Shown piece after piece: positions 9,177-19,163 of a stretch of DNA of 64,000 nucleotides. The DNA comes from an uncultured Rikenellaceae bacterium (lineage in GTDB: Bacteria > Bacteroidota > Bacteroidia > Bacteroidales > VadinHA17). The stretch's first letter is position 1. Each line of letters starts with the position of its first letter. Made by a program: the position numbers and the translations under genes. Location: assembly GCA_964525415.1 (NCBI GenBank), contig CAZGGZ010000004.1:6758-70757 (forward strand), given 5' to 3'. The notes below the pieces were generated by a model that was not told the origin of the DNA, made no database searches, and saw nothing but the letters and a program-made list of their open reading frames with translations.

Positions 9177-10634
9177 ATGATGCAGCTCGACAAAATACTG
9201 GAAGGGATAGATGTTGTTTCTGTTTCGGGTGACAGGAAAACCAACATTGAGGATATCGTTTTTGATTCCAGGAATGTCAGGGGAAATTCATTGTTTGTTG
9301 CAGTCAGAGGATCCAAAACCGACGGGCACGACTATATCAGCAGTGCAGTCAGGTCGGGTGCTTCAGCAATTATCTGTGAGAACATCCCTGGCGATGCTGA
9401 TAAGAAAGTATGCTGGGTAAAAACAACCGATTCTGCCAGAGCACTTGGACAGGCATCATCAAACTTTTTTGGCAAGCCTTCTTCTTCGCTTATGCTTATT
9501 GGTGTGACAGGAACGAACGGTAAAACAACCATTGCCACACTTCTCTACAGGATGTTCACGGAGCTTGGCTATAAATGCGGTCTCTTTTCAACAGTCTGCA
9601 ATTACGTCGTTGACAGGGAACTCCCGGCTACCCATACCACTCCCGATCCTGTTCAGCTCAACAGGCTTATGGCTGATATGAGAGATGCAGGATGCAGATA
9701 TGCATTCATGGAAGTGAGTTCCCATTCTGCCCATCAGCAGAGAATTGCAGGTCTTGAATTTAGAGGCGCTATCTTCACAAACCTCACTCATGATCATCTC
9801 GATTATCACCAGACCTTCAGCAATTACCTGGCAGCAAAGAAAAGCTGGTTTGATACGCTGCCTGAAAAAGCGTTTGCCCTGGTGAATGCGGATGACAAAA
9901 ACAGCCCGGTAATGCTCCAGAACTGCAAGGCAGACCATTACACTTTTTCTGTCAGGGGAATGGCTGATTTCAGGTGCGGAATCATTGAGCAGAGCTTTGA
10001 TGGCATGGGTCTGAAAATGATGGGAGAAGAAGTATGGGTCAGGTTTATAGGTGATTACAATGCTTCAAATCTCCTTGCCGTCTGTGCTGCATCAGAGCTT
10101 CTTGGTGCCGAAAGGAAAGAGATACTTACAATACTGAGCGGCCTTTCATCAGTAGCAGGAAGACTTGAAACAATCAGATCACCGAAAGGCATAACCGGTA
10201 TTGTTGATTATGCCCATACGCCTGATGCACTGATGAATGTGATCGGAACACTTAACAGGATCCGGACAGGCAACATGCAGCTCATAACTGTAGTAGGCGC
10301 CGGCGGTGACCGCGACAGGACAAAAAGACCAAAAATGGCGGCAATCTCAGCAGAAGGAAGCACAAAGGTGATTCTTACTTCCGACAATCCGAGAACAGAG
10401 GATCCTGAAAAAATACTTGATGACATGGAGGCAGGCATTACCCCGGAAATGAAGAATAAAACACTGAGAATCACTGAAAGGAGAGAGGCAATAAAAACTG
10501 CTGTTATGCTTGCAAAACCAGGCGATGTTGTTCTTGTTGCAGGGAAAGGCCACGAACCATACCAGGAGATAAAAGGAGTTAAACACCATTTTGATGACAG
10601 GGAGGAGCTCAGGAAAGCCCTGTCGCAGAAATAA
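9177..10634 (+). CDS. murE: UDP-N-acetylmuramoyl-L-alanyl-D-glutamate--2,6-diaminopimelate ligase
   Basis: Mur ligase P-loop [14 protein letters not shown] motif ([10 protein letters not shown]), and dcw position after ftsI. Confidence 0.93.
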   Translation: MMQLDKILEGIDVVSVSGDRKTNIEDIVFDSRNVRGNSLFVAVRGSKTDGHDYISSAVRSGASAIICENIPGDADKKVCWVKTTDSARALGQASSNFFGKPSSSLMLIGVTGTNGKTTIATLLYRMFTELGYKCGLFSTVCNYVVDRELPATHTTPDPVQLNRLMADMRDAGCRYAFMEVSSHSAHQQRIAGLEFRGAIFTNLTHDHLDYHQTFSNYLAAKKSWFDTLPEKAFALVNADDKNSPVMLQNCKADHYTFSVRGMADFRCGIIEQSFDGMGLKMMGEEVWVRFIGDYNASNLLAVCAASELLGAERKEILTILSGLSSVAGRLETIRSPKGITGIVDYAHTPDALMNVIGTLNRIRTGNMQLITVVGAGGDRDRTKRPKMAAISAEGSTKVILTSDNPRTEDPEKILDDMEAGITPEMKNKTLRITERREAIKTAVMLAKPGDVVLVAGKGHEPYQEIKGVKHHFDDREELRKALSQK

Positions 10635-10645
10635 AATACGAAGCG

Positions 10646-11902
10646 ATGCTTTATTATTTGTTTGAATATCTTGACAAGCTTAATGTTCCCGGAGCAGGAG
10701 TATTTGCTTATATCTCCTTCAGGTCGGCTGCAGCAGTGATAACATCACTGTTCATCTCGATGATGATAGGTAAGAGAATAATCCGGTTTCTTCAGAAGAA
10801 ACAAGTCGGCGAAGTTGTAAGGGACCTGGGTCTTGAAGGCCAGTACCGCAAGGAAGGAACTCCATCCATGGGAGGAATCATAATACTTGCATCAATACTG
10901 ATTCCGACGCTTTTATTTGCAAGATTGGATAATATCTATGTGCTGCTTATGCTTCTGACAACAATATGGCTCGGCGCAATCGGTTTTGTCGACGATTATA
11001 TCAAGGTATTTAAAAAGAATAAGGAAGGTCTTGCCGCAAGATTTAAGCTGGCCGGGCAGATAGGATTGGGGCTTATTGTAGGGCTGACATTGTTCCTGAG
11101 TGACGATGTAATGATTCGTGAAAATGTAAGTGTCTCCGATCTTACCGAGGAAGAGAGAATTGAAATGCTTGATCCTTCGCAGCCTGAGTCTACACAGACT
11201 GCGATCCAGATGGAGAGAAAGTCGACGAAAACTACCATCCCCTTTGTAAAAAACAATGAATTTGATTATTCCTGGCTGGTAGCCTTTATTGACAAGGATC
11301 ACAGGCAGCCATGGACATGGCTTGTTTTTGTCCTTATTACAATATTCATTCTTGCAGCTGTCTCAAACGGGGCAAACCTCACCGACGGACTTGACGGACT
11401 GGCTACAGGTACTTCTGCAATAATAGGCGTGGCGCTCGGAATACTTGCATATGTGTCGAGCAATATAATATATGCCGATTACCTGAATATAATGTTCATA
11501 CCATATACCGGGGAGCTTGTGATATTTGCCGCTGCATTTATAGGCGCCACTATCGGATTTCTCTGGTATAACTCATACCCGGCGCAGGTTTTCATGGGCG
11601 ATACCGGAAGTCTTGCGCTTGGAGGAATAATTGCGGTTTTTGCCATTGTTATAAGAAAAGAGCTGCTTATTCCCATTCTGTGCGGGATATTTCTGGTTGA
11701 GAACCTGTCGGTTGTTATGCAGGTCGGATGGTTTAAAAGGACAAAAAGGAAGCATGGCGCGGGCAGGAGAATTTTCCTGATGGCGCCTCTTCATCATCAT
11801 TACCAGAAAAAAGGTTATCCCGAACCCAAGATTGTCACCAGGTTCTGGATAGTAGCCATAATACTGGCTGTAATTAGCATTGTAACACTGAAGATCAGAT
11901 AG
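10646..11902 (+). CDS. mraY: phospho-N-acetylmuramoyl-pentapeptide transferase
   Basis: Polytopic membrane protein. Motifs [33 protein letters not shown] and PLHHHY. Confidence 0.95.
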   Translation: MLYYLFEYLDKLNVPGAGVFAYISFRSAAAVITSLFISMMIGKRIIRFLQKKQVGEVVRDLGLEGQYRKEGTPSMGGIIILASILIPTLLFARLDNIYVLLMLLTTIWLGAIGFVDDYIKVFKKNKEGLAARFKLAGQIGLGLIVGLTLFLSDDVMIRENVSVSDLTEEERIEMLDPSQPESTQTAIQMERKSTKTTIPFVKNNEFDYSWLVAFIDKDHRQPWTWLVFVLITIFILAAVSNGANLTDGLDGLATGTSAIIGVALGILAYVSSNIIYADYLNIMFIPYTGELVIFAAAFIGATIGFLWYNSYPAQVFMGDTGSLALGGIIAVFAIVIRKELLIPILCGIFLVENLSVVMQVGWFKRTKRKHGAGRRIFLMAPLHHHYQKKGYPEPKIVTRFWIVAIILAVISIVTLKIR

Positions 11903-11906
11903 CTGG

Positions 11907-13244
11907 ATGAAGAAGAAGATTGTAATACTGGGAGCAGGGGAAAGCGGTACGGGCTCGGCAGTTCTTGCACTGAAGAAGGGATTTGATGTTTTTGTATCCG
12001 ACAGCGGTGCAGTTAAAGAAAAGTATGGAGAGATCCTCAATAATCACAAGATAAGATGGGAGCAGGGCAGGCATACTGAAAAGGAAATATTTACGGCTGA
12101 TGAAGTGATTAAAAGCCCGGGTATCCGGGAGGATGCACCGCTGATAGTAAGGCTCCGCAAAAAAAAGATACCTGTGATTTCCGAGATCGAATTTGCCGGA
12201 CGGTATGCGAAAGGCATAAAGATATGTGTTACAGGAAGCAACGGAAAAACGACAGTTACAAACCTGATCTGGCATATTCTTAAAAAAGCTGGCAGGAATG
12301 TCGCTATGACAGGTAATGTAGGCAACAGCTTAGCAATGGCTGTAGCTGAAGGCCCATACGATTATTATGTAATTGAGCTGAGCAGCTTCCAGCTTGACGG
12401 AATGTACAAATTCAAAGCAGAGATCGCAGTGCTTATGAATATCACTCCCGATCACCTGGACAGATATGATCATGAACTTCAGAATTATATCGATTCAAAA
12501 TTCAGGATCACCCGGAACCAGAAAAAATCAGATTTTCTTATCTACTGGGCTGATGATCCGATAATCAAAGCTGAGCTGGCAAAAAAGAAATATGGAATGA
12601 CACTGCTTCCTTTTTCCGATACATCAAAGGAAAAGATGGCCGCTTACATCGAAAACAACGAACTAATAATTGATTTCCAACATAAAACCAACCTTATGAC
12701 TATTCATGAACTGGCGCTAAAGGGCCGTCACAACACCTACAATTCAATGGCAGCAGCAATTGCAGGCAAAGTACTGAATATCCGTAAGGATATGATCAGG
12801 GAAAGTCTGGCCGATTTTCAGGGCGTGGAACACCGTCTCGAACCGGTGATAAAAGTAAGCGGCATTAACTTCATCAACGATTCAAAAGCAACAAATGTAA
12901 ACTCTACATGGTATGCTCTGGAGTGTATGGAAACCAAGGTTGTCTGGATCGTCGGAGGGATTGATAAGGGGAATGATTATTCAGAATTATTCCCGGTGGT
13001 GAAGCAGAAAGTCAGAGCCATTGTGTGTCTGGGGAAGGATAACAGGAAGATTATGGAAGCTTTCAGGGACAGAGTGCCGACAATAGTTGAAACCACAGCG
13101 ATGGACGAAGCTGTCAGGGCTGCCTATTACCTTGCAAAAAAGGGAGAAACAGTTCTGTTATCGCCGGCCTGTGCAAGTTTTGACCTGTTCAACAATTATG
13201 AAGACAGGGGCAGACAGTTTAAAGCTGCCGTTCGTAATCTGTAA
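11907..13244 (+). CDS. murD: UDP-N-acetylmuramoylalanine--D-glutamate ligase
   Basis: N-terminal Rossmann loop ILGAGESG, P-loop VTGSNGKTT, and dcw position. Confidence 0.93.
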   Translation: MKKKIVILGAGESGTGSAVLALKKGFDVFVSDSGAVKEKYGEILNNHKIRWEQGRHTEKEIFTADEVIKSPGIREDAPLIVRLRKKKIPVISEIEFAGRYAKGIKICVTGSNGKTTVTNLIWHILKKAGRNVAMTGNVGNSLAMAVAEGPYDYYVIELSSFQLDGMYKFKAEIAVLMNITPDHLDRYDHELQNYIDSKFRITRNQKKSDFLIYWADDPIIKAELAKKKYGMTLLPFSDTSKEKMAAYIENNELIIDFQHKTNLMTIHELALKGRHNTYNSMAAAIAGKVLNIRKDMIRESLADFQGVEHRLEPVIKVSGINFINDSKATNVNSTWYALECMETKVVWIVGGIDKGNDYSELFPVVKQKVRAIVCLGKDNRKIMEAFRDRVPTIVETTAMDEAVRAAYYLAKKGETVLLSPACASFDLFNNYEDRGRQFKAAVRNL

Positions 13245-13255
13245 AATTCTTTCAC

Positions 13256-14470
13256 ATGCAGCAAGGGTGGTTGACAAGGACATTCAAAGGTGACAGGGCT
13301 ATATGGGGCCTTGTAGTACTGTTTATGGTCTACTCCCTGCTGTCGGTTTACAGTTCATCAGTCGGAGTCGCATTCAGAAGCTATGGAGGAAATACAACAT
13401 ATTTCCTCAGAACACAGCTGATAATGCTTATTCTTGGTCTTGGTATAATCATCGTGGTCCATTACCTGCCTTACAGGATCTATTCAGCGATGGCCGGGAT
13501 AATACTGATAGTGGCGGCAGGACTCCTGGTTCTCACCTTCATTTTTGGGGCCAGGATTAATGAAGCAACACGGTGGCTGGTAATACCGGGTCTCGGATTC
13601 CGTCTTCAGACTTCTGATATTGCCAAGGTCGCCCTCGTAATCTACCTCGCCAGAACACTTTCAAAATACCAGAATGAGCTTAACAATTTCATGCTTGTAA
13701 CAAAATACTTCATGATCCCTGTTGCCATTATCTGTGCACTAATAATGCCTGAAAACCTCTCAACGGCCTTGATGATATTCATGATAAGCATAATAATAAT
13801 GTATATAGGAAGAGTGCCCTTTAAATTCCTTCTTGCATATATCGGGATGGCAGCAGCGGGAGTAGTGCTCTTTGCCCTGGTGCTTACAGTAGTAACAAAG
13901 GATAACAGGGTTGAAGTATGGAAGAACAGAATAGAGAATTTCTTTTCAGCTGAAGGGGATCAGGATGAGGATTATCAGAGCAACCAGGCTAAAATAGCCA
14001 TATCAACGGGAGGATTCTTTGGGAAGGCTCCGGGAAGGAGTACACAAAGAAATATGCTGCCACAATCAAATTCAGATTTCATCTTCGCAATAATAATTGA
14101 GGAATATGGACTGGTACTGGGAGCACTTCCATTGATACTCGCCTATATGATATTGCTCTTCAGGGGGATAACTATCGCTAAAAAATGTGAGACTGCTTTC
14201 CCGGCATTCCTGGTGCTGGGACTGACAGTAATGATAGTGGTGCAGGCAATGCTTAATATGCTTGTAGCTGTAGGATTATTCCCTGTGACAGGACAGACGC
14301 TCCCGATGGTGAGCTGGGGGAGGACATCAGTCCTTGTGATGTGTTTTTCAATCGGAGCCATATTGAGCGTAAGCAGGGTCGTGAACGCCAGAGCCAGGAA
14401 AGAAGAACTTACAGAGGAAGAGATCTCAGATGAAGGAGAAAAAATATATGAGCCTGCAAAAACACAATAG
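13256..14470 (+). CDS. ftsW: SEDS-family peptidoglycan glycosyltransferase FtsW
   Basis: About 10 TM segments, an FtsW/RodA block (SDFIFAIIIEEYGL), and dcw position between murD and murG. Confidence 0.92.
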   Translation: MQQGWLTRTFKGDRAIWGLVVLFMVYSLLSVYSSSVGVAFRSYGGNTTYFLRTQLIMLILGLGIIIVVHYLPYRIYSAMAGIILIVAAGLLVLTFIFGARINEATRWLVIPGLGFRLQTSDIAKVALVIYLARTLSKYQNELNNFMLVTKYFMIPVAIICALIMPENLSTALMIFMISIIIMYIGRVPFKFLLAYIGMAAAGVVLFALVLTVVTKDNRVEVWKNRIENFFSAEGDQDEDYQSNQAKIAISTGGFFGKAPGRSTQRNMLPQSNSDFIFAIIIEEYGLVLGALPLILAYMILLFRGITIAKKCETAFPAFLVLGLTVMIVVQAMLNMLVAVGLFPVTGQTLPMVSWGRTSVLVMCFSIGAILSVSRVVNARARKEELTEEEISDEGEKIYEPAKTQ

Positions 14471-15560
14471 GATCATAATAAGCGGCGGAGGAACCGGCGG
14501 ACATATTTTCCCGGCCATCTCAATCGCCAATGCTCTCAGGAGAATTGATCCGGGGACTGAGATCCTTTTTGTAGGAGCCGAAGGGAGAATGGAGATGGAG
14601 AAAGTGCCGGCTGCAGGTTATAAAATAAAGGGACTGCCTGTGGCAGGATTCTTCAGAAGCTTCACTCTGAAGAATATTGTTGTGCTGAATAAGCTTGTAA
14701 AGAGCCTGTTTATGGCCAGAAAAATTATCAGGGATTTCAAACCTGATGTCGTTGTGGGTGTCGGAGGTTATGCAAGCGGACCGGTTCTCAGACAAGCAGG
14801 AAAAATGGGAATACCCACGCTTATACAGGAGCAGAACAGTTATGCGGGAGTAACCAATAAGCTGCTTGCAAAAAAGGCATCTGTAATTTGCGTGGCTTAT
14901 GACGGAATGGAGAAATATTTTCCGGCTGATAAAATAATAAAGACCGGAAATCCTGTACGGCAGACTTTTGATAATATTGACAGGCTCCGCAAGGAAGCGC
15001 TCTCATTCTTTAATCTTGAAGGGAATTCTCCCGTTATCCTGGTCCTGGGCGGATCACTCGGAGCTGGGACCATCAATAAAAGCCTTTCCTCGGATATTAA
15101 GAAGATGACAGACTCGCGATGCCAGTGGCTCTGGCAGAGCGGCAAGCTGTACTACGAAAATGTGAATGCGCTTGTGAGCCTTTCATCATGTAAAGGAGTT
15201 GTGGTCCTTGATTTCATCAGCAGGATGGACCTGGCTTTTGCTGCGGCAGATATTATTGTGTCACGTGCAGGCGCAGGGACCATTTCCGAATTATGCCTCG
15301 TGGGGAAGCCGGCTATCCTTGTTCCTTCACCGAATGTTGCTGAGGACCACCAGGCGCGAAATGCAGAAGCACTTGTCAGCCGAAATGCTGCAATTATGAT
15401 AAGGGATGATGAAGCAGTGAAAAACCTTGTGGACGAGGCAGTCAGGCTGGTATCCGATAATGAAAAACGATCTGCTTTATCACGGAATATAAGTGCGATG
15501 GCTGACAGGGACGCTGATATGAGGATTGCAACTGAAATAATGAAACTTGCAGGAAAATGA
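14448..15560 (+). CDS. murG: undecaprenyldiphospho-muramoylpentapeptide beta-N-acetylglucosaminyltransferase
   Basis: G-loop IIISGGGTGGHIFPA. The ATG at 14448 is preferred, with an alternative ATG at 14430. Either start overlaps the 3' end of ftsW. Confidence 0.92.
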   Translation: MSLQKHNRIIISGGGTGGHIFPAISIANALRRIDPGTEILFVGAEGRMEMEKVPAAGYKIKGLPVAGFFRSFTLKNIVVLNKLVKSLFMARKIIRDFKPDVVVGVGGYASGPVLRQAGKMGIPTLIQEQNSYAGVTNKLLAKKASVICVAYDGMEKYFPADKIIKTGNPVRQTFDNIDRLRKEALSFFNLEGNSPVILVLGGSLGAGTINKSLSSDIKKMTDSRCQWLWQSGKLYYENVNALVSLSSCKGVVVLDFISRMDLAFAAADIIVSRAGAGTISELCLVGKPAILVPSPNVAEDHQARNAEALVSRNAAIMIRDDEAVKNLVDEAVRLVSDNEKRSALSRNISAMADRDADMRIATEIMKLAGK

Positions 15561-16951
15561 TTGATTTCAAGGGCATAGAAGGATTTTATTTTGTGGGTAT
15601 AGGAGGGATAGGTATGAGCGCCCTGGCATTATATTTCCGAAAGGGTGAATATACTATTGCGGGTTATGACAGGACATCAGGCAGAATAACCGATAACCTT
15701 GCTGCTGAAGGCTGCGAGATCTCATTTAAGGACGAAACACAATCCATACCATCACTTTTCAGTGAAATCAAAAACCAGCATAAGGTAATAATAGTATATA
15801 CTCCTGCCATACCTTCCGAAAGCCGGATCCTGAACTTTTTCAGGGATAACGGGTACAGGCTTTACAAAAGATCAGAGATTCTCGGGGAGATATCCTCAAG
15901 GACTGATACGATTGCTGTTGCCGGGACGCATGGAAAGACGACAGTTTCAACAATGACCGCCTTTCTGCTCAACCAGTCGCATGTCGGTTGTTCAGCTTTC
16001 CTTGGAGGAATATCCAAGAACTATGATTCAAACCTGCTGATCGGTAAGGGCAGTTATACTGTGATGGAGGCTGATGAATATGACAGATCATTTCACAGGC
16101 TCAGCCCGCTTATGGCAGTTGTCACTTCGGTTGATGCCGACCATCTTGATATTTACGGTGATCATCAAACGATGATCGCGGCATATAATGAGTTCTGCGG
16201 TAAGATAAGAGCCGGCGGGACGTTACTGATTAACAGCAGGATCCTTAATAATATAATCTGTCCGCCGGAGGTTCAGTTTCTTACCTACGGAACCGATCCG
16301 GAAGCTGATTTCAGATACTTTGATATTGAACATAAAGATGATTTTTACACATTCAGTATAAAAACTCCTTGCGGTACAATAAATGATCTTCACTTTCCAT
16401 TCCCCGGGATCATAAACATAGAGAACATGACAGCCGCTGTTGCAATAGCCCTGAACTGCGGAGTTACTGCAGATGAGATACGAAAGGAGATAATTCATTT
16501 CCAGGGTGTGCGGAGGCGCTTTGACATAAGGATAAACCTTCCCGGGATAGCCTATGTAGATGACTATGCTCATCATCCTGAGGAAATCAGAGCCTGCGTG
16601 ATATCGCTTCGCGAATATTTCAGAGGCAGAAAAATAACAGGTATATTCCAGCCTCACCTGTTCTCAAGAACTCTTGATCATGCTGACGGTTTTGCCGCTA
16701 TACTCGATGAGCTGGATGAAGTGATATTGCTGCCGATCTATCCGGCACGCGAAAAACCTATCCCGGGAGTAACATCAGAACTTATCCTGGAGAAAATGAA
16801 GCTTAGAAGAAAAAAGATCATCCCGATGAATGATCTTCCTGATAAACTTGATATTAAAGAACTTGATGTACTTGCAACTATAGGAGCAGGAGATATTGAC
16901 AGGCTGGTGGAACCAATTGAGGAAATGATCAAACGGGAGGCAGGACGATGA
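15557..16951 (+). CDS. murC: UDP-N-acetylmuramate--L-alanine ligase
   Basis: GIGGIGMSALA N-terminus and P-loop AGTHGKTT. ATGA overlap with the murG stop. Confidence 0.93.
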   Translation: MIDFKGIEGFYFVGIGGIGMSALALYFRKGEYTIAGYDRTSGRITDNLAAEGCEISFKDETQSIPSLFSEIKNQHKVIIVYTPAIPSESRILNFFRDNGYRLYKRSEILGEISSRTDTIAVAGTHGKTTVSTMTAFLLNQSHVGCSAFLGGISKNYDSNLLIGKGSYTVMEADEYDRSFHRLSPLMAVVTSVDADHLDIYGDHQTMIAAYNEFCGKIRAGGTLLINSRILNNIICPPEVQFLTYGTDPEADFRYFDIEHKDDFYTFSIKTPCGTINDLHFPFPGIINIENMTAAVAIALNCGVTADEIRKEIIHFQGVRRRFDIRINLPGIAYVDDYAHHPEEIRACVISLREYFRGRKITGIFQPHLFSRTLDHADGFAAILDELDEVILLPIYPAREKPIPGVTSELILEKMKLRRKKIIPMNDLPDKLDIKELDVLATIGAGDIDRLVEPIEEMIKREAGR

Positions 16952-17727
16952 GGAAAGTGCTGCAGATATTGCTGTTGATCCCGGTATTATACATGATAAT
17001 ACTGCCGTTCTTCCTTTCAGCATCAGCCAGCACAAGAACCTGCAGCAGGATATCAATAAATATTGTTGATTCATCAGATTATCACTTTGTTACAAAACAA
17101 CACCTGTTGAATCTGGTCTATGGTAACGGCGGCAGTATAATCGGGAAACCGGTTAAAGAAATAAAAGTGCCTGAAATTGAGAGCAGGATTAACGCACTGA
17201 GAGAACTGAAGGAAGCTGAAGTATATACTTCAATTGACGGAACTCTGCATCTGTTTATCGATCAGCGTAATCCTGTAATGAGGGTAATGCCCAATGAAGG
17301 AGGTGATTTTTTCGTGGACGAGGATGGCTTCCTTTTCAGAAGAAGGAATCTGTTCACTCCCCGGCTCCATATCATTGAGGGTAACATCAATATTACACCG
17401 GCTATGCTTGACAGTGTATGTATTCTTGATACAATGATAAAGAACACAATCCTTAAGGATGTATATCATTTTGTTAGTTATATAGACAACAGCAGTTTCT
17501 GGTCGGCCCAGATTGACCAGATCTATGTTGACGGCAAGAACGAGATAGATCTCATACCAAGGGTGGGCAATCATACAATTCACCTTGGCACATTCGAGAA
17601 CTACAGGGACAAGCTGAGAAACCTTGGGGCTTTCTATGATAAGGTGCTGCCTGAGGTCGGATGGAATAAATACTCGGTTATCAATCTTGAGTTCGAAGAT
17701 CAGATAGTATGTAAAAGAAGACAATGA
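16948..17727 (+). CDS. ftsQ: cell division protein FtsQ
   Basis: 259 aa with a single N-terminal TM followed by a POTRA/FtsQ-like domain. ATGA overlap with murC. Position between murC and ftsA. Confidence 0.8.
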   Translation: MRKVLQILLLIPVLYMIILPFFLSASASTRTCSRISINIVDSSDYHFVTKQHLLNLVYGNGGSIIGKPVKEIKVPEIESRINALRELKEAEVYTSIDGTLHLFIDQRNPVMRVMPNEGGDFFVDEDGFLFRRRNLFTPRLHIIEGNINITPAMLDSVCILDTMIKNTILKDVYHFVSYIDNSSFWSAQIDQIYVDGKNEIDLIPRVGNHTIHLGTFENYRDKLRNLGAFYDKVLPEVGWNKYSVINLEFEDQIVCKRRQ

Positions 17728-17746
17728 TAAACCATATTTGAATCAT

Positions 17747-19099
17747 ATGAGCAAAAAAGAACAGTACGTAGCAGCAATCGACATTGGAACTACAAAAATT
17801 GTGGCTATTGTCGGTAAGAAGAACGAGAATGGAAAGATTGAAATTCTCGGTCTGAGCAAGGCACTTTCAAAGGGTGTCAAGAGAGGTGTTGTGCAGAATA
17901 TTGAAGAGACGGTAAATGCTATCCGCACGACCGTTGAGGATGTTCAGAAAAGATCAGGCATCCTCTTTTCCGAGGTATTTGTTGGCATTGCAGGCCAGCA
18001 TATAAAGAGCATGAAGAACCGCGGGTATATTATGCGCGAATCCTACGATGATGAAATCAGGAAAGAGGAAGTATTCAGGCTGATCGAGGATATGCACAGG
18101 ATCCATATTGATATCGGTGAAGAGATAATCCATGTTATACCGCAGAATTTCATTGTTGACAATGAAACCGGCATAAGAAATCCGATCGGAATGTGCGGAA
18201 GGAGGCTCGAAGCTAATTTCCATATAGTGATCGGCCAGGTGGCGGCGGCAAAGAATATAGAAAAGTGCATAAGGAAAGCCGGTCTGACCGTTAAGGATCT
18301 CATTCTTGAACCGCTGGCATCATCGGATGCCGTGCTGACAGAAGATGAAAAAGAAGCCGGAGTTGCACTGGTTGACATAGGCGGCGGCACAACAGACCTG
18401 GCAGTATACTATGATAATATTGTCCGCCATACTGCCGTGATCCCTCTGGGCGGAAATGTTGTAACAAAAGATATACAGGAAGGATGTGCAATCCTTCAGA
18501 GGCATGCGGAACAGCTGAAGTTACAGTATGGATCTGCTCTCGGCGACATAGCACCGGAGGACAAGGTTGTATCGATTCCTGGAATAAGCGGCCGGGATCC
18601 CAAGGAGATCTCATTCAAGAGCCTTGCCTATATAATCCAGTCAAGAATGGAGGAGATAATTGATTTTGTCAATTTCGAGATACAAAATTCAGGATATGCC
18701 GAAAAACTTGCTGCAGGTGTTGTAATTACAGGAGGAGGTGCTATGCTTAAACACCTTCCGCAGCTGATGAAATTCAAGACAGCCATGGATGTCAGGCTTG
18801 GTTTGCCAAATGAACATCTTGCAGGGACAAGCAGGAATGAGATAAATCAGCCGATGTATGCCACGAGCGTCGGACTGATTATGAGAGGCTTCGATTATCT
18901 TGAAACATACAAACAGCGTATCAATATTGGGCCCGAGGGTGAATATGTGAAACCTGAAGTTGAAGTTTCTGAAGAGAGTGTGTCAGATCAGGACAATGAA
19001 TCTGCAGGTTATCAGCCGGCGCTGAAAACTTCATTGGCCGAAAAAATCAGACTGGCAATGCAGAAAATGTTTGAGGTTGAAGATCAGCCTATTAACTGA
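17747..19099 (+). CDS. ftsA: cell division protein FtsA
   Basis: Actin-fold phosphate loops AIDIGTTKIVAIVG and LVDIGGGTTDLAVY, plus a C-terminal amphipathic helix (LAEKIRLAMQKMF). ATG at 17747; the track start at 17738 is a TTG. Confidence 0.93.
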   Translation: MSKKEQYVAAIDIGTTKIVAIVGKKNENGKIEILGLSKALSKGVKRGVVQNIEETVNAIRTTVEDVQKRSGILFSEVFVGIAGQHIKSMKNRGYIMRESYDDEIRKEEVFRLIEDMHRIHIDIGEEIIHVIPQNFIVDNETGIRNPIGMCGRRLEANFHIVIGQVAAAKNIEKCIRKAGLTVKDLILEPLASSDAVLTEDEKEAGVALVDIGGGTTDLAVYYDNIVRHTAVIPLGGNVVTKDIQEGCAILQRHAEQLKLQYGSALGDIAPEDKVVSIPGISGRDPKEISFKSLAYIIQSRMEEIIDFVNFEIQNSGYAEKLAAGVVITGGGAMLKHLPQLMKFKTAMDVRLGLPNEHLAGTSRNEINQPMYATSVGLIMRGFDYLETYKQRINIGPEGEYVKPEVEVSEESVSDQDNESAGYQPALKTSLAEKIRLAMQKMFEVEDQPIN

Positions 19100-19163
19100 G
19101 ATGATTTAAATATGGTTATGCTTTTTTTCTGTTTCCTGTTCATAAACAATTAAAACCATTAAT

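Noticed and set aside
9175-11902. Absence of murF (and of ddl after murC) as a possible deletion or rearrangement in the dcw cluster.
   Set aside because: The gene junctions are tight and intact. As far as I recall this is the standard Bacteroidota dcw order, so it is not evidence of an anomaly.
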